Origin: Eubacterium sp.
GTDB lineage: Bacteria; Bacillota; Clostridia; Lachnospirales; Lachnospiraceae
Assembly (NCBI GenBank): GCA_017406925.1
Contig: JAFQXO010000009.1
Coordinates: 28,754-92,753, forward strand
Direction: 5' to 3'
Length of the DNA: 64,000 nucleotides
Part shown: positions 57,390 to 64,000 of the stretch, piece by piece
Layout of the letters: the number at the start of each line of letters is the position of its first letter
Numbering within the stretch: position 1 is the stretch's first letter
Made by a program: the position numbers and the translations under genes
The notes under the pieces: model-generated
Told to the model about the DNA's origin: nothing
The model's database searches: none
The model's input: only the letters and a program-made list of their open reading frames with translations

Positions 57390-58327
57390 AAGACATACTG
57401 TTGAAAATAAAACATAAAAGATTTTTAAACAAATATAATCAAAAGGTGGTTAGGCAATACATCTCTTGTAGCCATACCGACAAAAATGAAGAGAGGTGTG
57501 ATTATGTTCTCGCTGTAGCAGCACATACTATTGAAAAAGGATTAGGCTGCAAAGAAAAGAAAAAGGAATTCGGCGTTGAAAAAGCGGAGAGGCTTTGTGG
57601 TTTGCTAGAGGACTACATCGCAAAGGATTTTAATCAAAACAAATTTGGATTTAAAGAAGCATACACTGTTCTTGAAGCGTATATTGATTATAAAAACAAA
57701 AACAATGAAAAAATAGGCGAGATCAGAAACAGATATGAAAACATTAAAAACCAATTAAAGGTTGATGACATGAATTACCGAGCTGGTGGCGAGCAAGTTA
57801 AGAGTGATGAAATCAAATGCTATAACAAAAATGAAATTGAAAGCTTCTTGGCTAACAGCCACAGTATTCGAAATTATAAAAATGAACCGATAAAAGAATC
57901 AGATATTAAAGAGGCTATCAGAATAGCAGGTTATGCACCATCGGCTTGCAATAGACAACCAAACAAAGTCTATTATTCAATGGACGAAAAAGATATAACT
58001 GAAATAGACAAGATAGTTCCAGGCAATAGCACTATCAAAGGAGAAACGCCTAACTACTTAATATTGACAACGAAGAAAACTCATTTTGGAATGTATGAAT
58101 ATAATCAATGGTACGTAAACGGTGGAATATTTGCTAGTTATTTGCGTATCGCGCTTCATATGCAAAATATAGGAAACTGTATATATCAATGGCCAATTGA
58201 CGGAGATAGTGAAGCTAATCGGAAGATATATAACATTCCAGAAACTGAAGAAATAATATGTATTTTTGGGATAGGTTATTATGATGAAACTAGTTTTTTG
58301 ATTAAAGCACAACGGGAGAAATTGTAA
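57383..58327 (+). CDS. Nitroreductase-family flavoprotein with N-terminal helical extension
   Basis: HTIEKGL; HSIRNY, APSACNRQP, GIGY. Confidence 0.85.
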   Translation: MLKDILLKIKHKRFLNKYNQKVVRQYISCSHTDKNEERCDYVLAVAAHTIEKGLGCKEKKKEFGVEKAERLCGLLEDYIAKDFNQNKFGFKEAYTVLEAYIDYKNKNNEKIGEIRNRYENIKNQLKVDDMNYRAGGEQVKSDEIKCYNKNEIESFLANSHSIRNYKNEPIKESDIKEAIRIAGYAPSACNRQPNKVYYSMDEKDITEIDKIVPGNSTIKGETPNYLILTTKKTHFGMYEYNQWYVNGGIFASYLRIALHMQNIGNCIYQWPIDGDSEANRKIYNIPETEEIICIFGIGYYDETSFLIKAQREKL

Positions 58328-58333
58328 ATAGAA

Positions 58334-59065
58334 ATGATTTCAGTGATATGTTGTTACAATGATAAAAAAATATATGAAAAGATGTTGCTATCTTCCTTGA
58401 GTATGCAAACTTGTGAGTATGAGTTGATAGGCATTGATAATATGAACAATGTTTATTCTAGTATGGCACAAGCATATAATGACAATATAGACAAAATCCA
58501 TGGACAGGCAGTTTTATTTTGTCACCAGGACATTTTTTTTACAAATAGTGACACGTTAAAAATAATTAATGAAGGAATAGAAACACATCCTGACAGCATA
58601 GTGGGATTGTGTGGTATTGACGAGCATAAGAAAGTATTTTCCAATTTGAAATATAAAAAGACAAATGCATATATATCATCTAATCAGCTGACATCAGATA
58701 AAGAAGTTTTAACTATAGACGAATGTTGTTATGGAATGAGCATAGAAACCTTAAAAAAGCTAGGTAAGTATGACGAAGAAGTATGTGATAACTGGCATTT
58801 ATACGCAACAGAAATGTGCTTGCGGGCTAAACTCAAGAATCTGAAAGGTTATGTAATTCCAGTGGATTGCTATCATCGTGAAACAAAATCAACCGGCAAT
58901 AGATTAGATAAACAATTCTTGTATTCTTTTTCGAAAATTAGAAAAAAATACAAAAAGAATTATAAAAACATATACTCAGTTTGCTTAGTGACAAGTAGTA
59001 AGTTCCCACAATATCATTTAAAAATGCTAAAACTTAAATTAAAACTGTTAGCAAAGAGGCGATAG
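58334..59065 (+). CDS. GT2-like glycosyltransferase
   Basis: MISVICCYN, AQAYN, FCHQD, TIDECC, WHLY. Confidence 0.8.
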   Translation: MISVICCYNDKKIYEKMLLSSLSMQTCEYELIGIDNMNNVYSSMAQAYNDNIDKIHGQAVLFCHQDIFFTNSDTLKIINEGIETHPDSIVGLCGIDEHKKVFSNLKYKKTNAYISSNQLTSDKEVLTIDECCYGMSIETLKKLGKYDEEVCDNWHLYATEMCLRAKLKNLKGYVIPVDCYHRETKSTGNRLDKQFLYSFSKIRKKYKKNYKNIYSVCLVTSSKFPQYHLKMLKLKLKLLAKRR

Positions 59066-59070
59066 TCAAA

Positions 59071-60009
59071 ATGATAAGTGTTTTATTATGTACATACAAT
59101 GGAAGTGAATATATTGAAAGACAACTGAAATCGCTGTTAGAACAAACGCGATTGCCAGATGAAGTAATCATACAAGATGATTACTCTACTGACGATACCG
59201 TGGCTATCTGTGAACAATTTATTGTGAACAATGGTTTGAATTGGACACTTGTCAAAAACCAACAAAACCTAGGTTATAGAAAGAATTTTATAACAGGATT
59301 AAAGAAGACTAGCCAAGAAATAGTTTTTTTGTGTGATCAAGACGATATATGGCAAGATAATAAGATAGAAATAATGTCGCAAGAAATGGAAGTCAATAAA
59401 AGCATAATGTCACTAGCTTCCACCATGGACATAATAGATGAAGAAGATAGAATAACAGAAAAGCACGTAGATTATCCTTTTAAGAAAAAAGGCTCCGTAA
59501 AACAAATAACAGAGAAAGAGTTTTATAAGTTTGTAGCATATTCAGGAATGACTATGGCAGTGAGAAGAGAATTGATTGATATAATTGATTTACAGCATTC
59601 AGATGTCATTACACATGATGTGTATTGCAATTATTATGCTACTAGACTTGATGGACTATATTTCTTGGATAAAGTTTTAACAAAAAGAAGAAGTATAGGA
59701 TTAAACACGAGTGCGATAATCAAAGAAAAAGAATTAGTGAAATACGACGGTAATGAACGGACAAGAGAAGTAAATAATATTCTTAAAAGCTATGAATTGT
59801 TTAGCGAAGTGGACAAGAGCATATTTAAAAAAGAAAGTGCAATTCTTGATAAGTATATAAAATCAATGAGAGTGAGAAACAACTATTTAACGAAACATAA
59901 TATTGGCAAATATCTGAAAGGCTTATGGCCAGTTTGTAGATCGTTTGGAATCAAAGCGTGGCTAAAGGATGGACAAAGTTTATGCAAAAAACACACTATA
60001 AAGAGATAG
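59071..60009 (+). CDS. GT2 glycosyltransferase (rhamnosyltransferase-like)
   Basis: TYNG, DDYSTD, LCDQDDIW, SGMTM, HD. Confidence 0.9.
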   Translation: MISVLLCTYNGSEYIERQLKSLLEQTRLPDEVIIQDDYSTDDTVAICEQFIVNNGLNWTLVKNQQNLGYRKNFITGLKKTSQEIVFLCDQDDIWQDNKIEIMSQEMEVNKSIMSLASTMDIIDEEDRITEKHVDYPFKKKGSVKQITEKEFYKFVAYSGMTMAVRRELIDIIDLQHSDVITHDVYCNYYATRLDGLYFLDKVLTKRRSIGLNTSAIIKEKELVKYDGNERTREVNNILKSYELFSEVDKSIFKKESAILDKYIKSMRVRNNYLTKHNIGKYLKGLWPVCRSFGIKAWLKDGQSLCKKHTIKR

Positions 60010-60551
60010 ATATAGCAAAGGGATTTGGCATAATCTTAGTCTTGATTGGTCATGCTTTTCCAGATTCTTTGAATACGTTAACTCTCAGTAATCCGGTAGC
60101 GAAATAGATATTTGATTTTATATATAGTTTTCATATGCCGCTATTTATATTCCTTTCAGGATTTGTATGTCTAAGTATCTTGGATTGTAGTATAAAAACA
60201 AATACTGTAGGGAATACTTTGAAGAAAAGAGCAATACGTTTAATAGTTCCGTATTTTGTCGCACCACTCGGAATCATTGTTGTAATGGGCATTTCGGCAA
60301 TAATAAAAAAATATAAAGGAAAACCTATTGAAATAATTAGTATTATAGGACAATACACTATGGACATTTATATTCTGTCATCGTTTATACAACCAGCTCT
60401 TAGGGTAGTGATTTATCAAAAACTAGCAATGAATTATTGGCTGTATATACTGTTGAATATTACCCTATCTATTATAATTTCCTTATTACTCTCGAAATAC
60501 TTATTGAGACGTTTTATAATTACTAGGAGATTATTGTTTGGAATGCAATAG
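59982..60551 (+). pseudogene. Acyltransferase family 3 (O-acetyltransferase) pseudogene
   Basis: MQKTHYKEIDIAKGFGIILVLIGH..K*IFDFIYSFHMPLFIFLSG with in-frame TAG at 60105-60107; only 189 codons in total. Confidence 0.8.
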
Positions 60552-60559
60552 GAGTATTA

Positions 60560-62107
60560 ATGAAATCACTGAAACATAATGCAGTAATGAATACGATTTT
60601 GACTGTGTCAACAATTGTATTCCCACTAATTACATATCCTTATGTGTCACGTACACTTTTGGTTGAAGCTAACGGCAGACTATCATTTGCACAGTCTACT
60701 GTAAATTACTTTGCTCTATTTGCAACGCTTGGGATTACTACATATGGGATTAAAGCATGCGCACAAGTTAGAGATAATAAAGAAGATATTTCTAGAAGAG
60801 TTCAAGAATTAGTAATAATCAATATTATTACAACAGCAATTATTTTTGTGGCATTAATTGCTTGTATTTTATTAATTCCAAAATTTAGAGAAGAATACAT
60901 TTTGTTATTGATATATTCTATCAATATGATTCTCAATGTTGCCGGACTCAATTGGCTTTATTCGGCGTTAGAAAAGTACGATTATATTACCATTAGATCT
61001 ATAGTATTTAAGATAATATCACTAATTTTGATGTTTATTTTCGTACATGCCCCAGAGGATTGTTACATATATGCATTGATAACTGTCTTTGCAAATGTTG
61101 GATCTAATATTTTGAATATTATTAATGCGAGAAAATATATTACTTTCAAGCCGTTGGGAAATTACAACTTAAAGCAACATATAAAACCAACGATAACTCT
61201 TTTTTCTACATTGCTCGCTGTTAATGTTTACACCAATTTAGACAATGTAATGCTTGGATTCATAAAGGGTGATTATGAGGTAGGCATTTATCATACAGCA
61301 GTGAGGATACAAACAATACTAACAACATTAGTCACGTCTATTGGAGCGGTGTTAATGCCTAGACTTTCGTATTATGCAGAGAAAGAAGACAAAGATAATT
61401 TTTATGGTGTATTGAAAAAATCATTCAAGGTGCTATTGATGCTTTCTGTGCCCATCACGATATATTTCACACTTTTTGCGAGAGAAAGTGTTCTAGTAAT
61501 AGCAGGATCCAAGTTTTTGGATGCTACATTACCTATGCAAATAATGATGTTTACAGTTATAACAACAGCATTGTCAAATATTATAGGAATGCAAATTTTT
61601 ATTCCTGTGGGAAAAGAAAAATTATTTTTTAGAGCAGTTTTAGTAGGAGCAGTTACTGATTTGATTTTGAATATGATTTTGATGCCATTCTATGGAACGG
61701 TTGGTGCTGCAATAGCTACATTGGTTGCAGAAACAGTACAATTCGTAATGCAAATTATTCAGGGAAGAGAGTATGTTAAAAAAATATTTACGCGCAATCC
61801 CTTTATTCAAACTTTTGGAACCGCTATAGCAAGTGGCATAATAGCATTTTTATTGGCAAAAGTATTGCCATTGCGCGGAGTGGCGTATCATACAGTGAAA
61901 GGGGTGAATCACATATTTTCATTTCTTCCAGACTCCCCACGAGCTATATTTATTTTAGAAACTATCGTTGTTTTGATGGTAACAGCTGTTGTATTCTTCG
62001 GAATATATTTTATAGTTCTTTGGATTATAGATTATAAAGAATTAACACAGACAGTAGAACAATTTACAAAAGGCAAGATTAAAAGACATAGAACAAGTGA
62101 AGTATAA
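60560..62107 (+). CDS. wzx: Wzx flippase
   Basis: FPLITYPYVSR, LDNVMLG, VLMPRLS, many TM segments. Confidence 0.92.
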   Translation: MKSLKHNAVMNTILTVSTIVFPLITYPYVSRTLLVEANGRLSFAQSTVNYFALFATLGITTYGIKACAQVRDNKEDISRRVQELVIINIITTAIIFVALIACILLIPKFREEYILLLIYSINMILNVAGLNWLYSALEKYDYITIRSIVFKIISLILMFIFVHAPEDCYIYALITVFANVGSNILNIINARKYITFKPLGNYNLKQHIKPTITLFSTLLAVNVYTNLDNVMLGFIKGDYEVGIYHTAVRIQTILTTLVTSIGAVLMPRLSYYAEKEDKDNFYGVLKKSFKVLLMLSVPITIYFTLFARESVLVIAGSKFLDATLPMQIMMFTVITTALSNIIGMQIFIPVGKEKLFFRAVLVGAVTDLILNMILMPFYGTVGAAIATLVAETVQFVMQIIQGREYVKKIFTRNPFIQTFGTAIASGIIAFLLAKVLPLRGVAYHTVKGVNHIFSFLPDSPRAIFILETIVVLMVTAVVFFGIYFIVLWIIDYKELTQTVEQFTKGKIKRHRTSEV

Positions 62108-62116
62108 GGGTATTAA

Positions 62117-63445
62117 ATGAGTTTATTAGGCAGTGGAATAATAAAAGTAAATACAAAGACGGAAATAATTCTTCCATTAGTTGCCGTAGAAATAGCTAGG
62201 TTATTAGGCGTAAACGATAGAATAATGTTTATGCTTATAGTAGCCTATTTTGTGGTTATTATTTGGCAAGCCAGAAAAATTATTATCCCTAAAATTTATG
62301 GTCTAATACCACTTATCATTTTCTTGGTTTATGGAACATTTTTGGGTATAGCATTTCGAGACTTTAGAGTGGTAACGCGTGATTTGTATTACTATGTACC
62401 AACACTGCTAATAATTGTAATAGGATATTTCATTGAAAAAAATTTCGAAAACAAGTCAATAGAAAAAACGCTTTTAGTTATAGGTGCAATTATTGCCATA
62501 AATGGCATAATAAGTACCTTGTTACTTGGTAGCCAAATGCTTGATTTGTCCACGCTCCGTACTGCGATGGGCGAAGGAGTTAGAGAAAACTGTGCTATTT
62601 TTGCGCTATTATTTGTCAATAAAATCATTGGTGGAAAAATTTACTTTTCTAAAAGTATAGATAACGTAATCACAGCGTTAATAGTTTTCCAAATTGTCAT
62701 GTCATTTGGTAGAACCAATGTTTTGCTAGGTGGTGTAATAATAGTCAGTTCTATGCTACTGGGCATACTGACTAATAATAAACAAATTACAAACATAGTG
62801 AAAAAAGTAGCTATCTGGATAGTGCTAATGATTGCAATTGTTTTTGCAATATATAGATTTACACCAGAAGATGTGTTGGAGGAGTATGGAGAAAAATGGG
62901 AAAACACCTCCAGTGAGTTAAATGCGAATCAAGAGTTTAAATCCACTAGTGATGCTATGGGAAACTGGAGAGCGTATGAAATAAAATGTGCTCAAAAGCA
63001 ATGGAGAAAAGCAAATCCTTTAGTAGAAATATTCGGCGACGGATTAGGTAAGGGAGTAAAAGTAGAGTATGTTCCATACACATGGGAAGAGACACTATAC
63101 GAGAACTCTCTTCCAATTCTTCATAACGGATATTATATGATCTTGCCGAAGGGCGGATTGTTTGGCGTATTTGCACTGATATGGTTTTTCTTGAGTGGAA
63201 CCATTGTGCTTATCAGGCAGCGAAAGAAGAAAAAGAATGTAGTTCAAGATATGTTATTACTAGCCGTCCTTGGATGGATGATGCTAGCATGTTCATATGT
63301 ATTGTCAGGTATGGCAGCACAATCGTTCTCCTTAGCCTTTGGTTTGTTAGTGGGAAGCTTGAATTACAAAATTAGGAGTGCTGGAAGCAATGATGACGTA
63401 AAAGAGACATCTGACACTAGCATAGAGGAAAAAGTAAATGCATGA
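62117..63445 (+). CDS. wzy: Wzy polysaccharide polymerase (O-antigen ligase-like)
   Basis: About ten TMs, large loop with FGDGLG and LHNGY..GGLFG motif. Confidence 0.75.
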   Translation: MSLLGSGIIKVNTKTEIILPLVAVEIARLLGVNDRIMFMLIVAYFVVIIWQARKIIIPKIYGLIPLIIFLVYGTFLGIAFRDFRVVTRDLYYYVPTLLIIVIGYFIEKNFENKSIEKTLLVIGAIIAINGIISTLLLGSQMLDLSTLRTAMGEGVRENCAIFALLFVNKIIGGKIYFSKSIDNVITALIVFQIVMSFGRTNVLLGGVIIVSSMLLGILTNNKQITNIVKKVAIWIVLMIAIVFAIYRFTPEDVLEEYGEKWENTSSELNANQEFKSTSDAMGNWRAYEIKCAQKQWRKANPLVEIFGDGLGKGVKVEYVPYTWEETLYENSLPILHNGYYMILPKGGLFGVFALIWFFLSGTIVLIRQRKKKKNVVQDMLLLAVLGWMMLACSYVLSGMAAQSFSLAFGLLVGSLNYKIRSAGSNDDVKETSDTSIEEKVNA

Positions 63446-63995
63446 CATGTTCTTTAGCCCACCAGCAATTAAACAAGTACATGAAAATCTTCTCTCGATG
63501 TTAAGAAAGGTGGCTGAAGCATTGCCGCTTAGTATCGTAATCGGATTGATTGCCTTGGTATTGGTATTGTTTCTTGTGAAAAAAACTTCGAGATTAAAAC
63601 GTAAGCAAGCAGTTGCTATAGTGATTTTGGCTTTTTACCTAACGAAAATATTTCAAATAGTTTTTTTCTCAAGACATATAAATGTTCGCGAGATAGATGT
63701 AATACCGTTTGATAGAGCGGGCGGCTTTAGACTAATACTTATATATTCATTAGCTAATATGTTGATTTTTATTCCGATAGGAACACTCATCCCGCTAATC
63801 CATAAAAAACTAAATTCGTGGAAAGTAGTTTTGATGATAGGGTTGGTTTTGAGTTTGATAATAGAAACTCTTCAGTATATTTTTGCTTGTGGTAGCACGC
63901 AAGTCGAAGATGTAATAATGAATACGCTTGGCGCAATCGTCGGTTTTTTGATATATCGACTTATCTTTGAAAGAAGGAAAAGTTCAAATGAGTGA
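63438..63995 (+). CDS. VanZ family membrane protein
   Basis: NMLIFIPIG, IETLQY, EDVIMNTLGA. Confidence 0.88.
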   Translation: MHDMFFSPPAIKQVHENLLSMLRKVAEALPLSIVIGLIALVLVLFLVKKTSRLKRKQAVAIVILAFYLTKIFQIVFFSRHINVREIDVIPFDRAGGFRLILIYSLANMLIFIPIGTLIPLIHKKLNSWKVVLMIGLVLSLIIETLQYIFACGSTQVEDVIMNTLGAIVGFLIYRLIFERRKSSNE

Positions 63996-64000
63996 CAAAT

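Noticed and set aside
60105-60107. TAG read-through or pyrrolysine recoding
   Set aside because: The same gene also appears to have lost a large internal part and no pyl genes are present; decay is simpler
63438-63995. VanZ as a glycopeptide resistance cluster
   Set aside because: No other van genes; VanZ-like genes are common in polysaccharide loci

Overview
Low-GC Firmicute chromosome segment, most likely Lachnospiraceae or Eubacterium-like (inferred from gene content and order), with most genes on the + strand. In order it holds: the 3' part of a Tad/Flp pilus locus (including a 59-aa Flp pilin missed by the ORF track); a sirtuin, DUF5711 and CvpA; tRNA-Cys; two secreted cell-surface proteins, one an NlpC/P60 hydrolase with a WalR-type box; rpsF-ssb-rpsR with its S6:S18 leader; ACT-paaK; a domain-permuted GH3; a frameshifted gene remnant next to an AT-rich cassette encoding a cationic secreted peptide and a three-gene ABC transporter; aconitase-like hydratase, glgB and a YhaO/YhaN pair; a candidate sRNA; prs, DnaC-like and DnaD-like genes with upstream DnaA-box-like repeats; murC, glgCD, spoVG, pth and mfd; and a Wzx/Wzy polysaccharide locus running to the window end. 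That locus carries a nucleotidyltransferase-kinase fusion, a coupled pyruvyltransferase/nitroreductase pair and a decayed O-acyltransferase. No integrase, transposase, CRISPR array or rRNA was seen. All family calls come from motif recognition by eye, not database searches.
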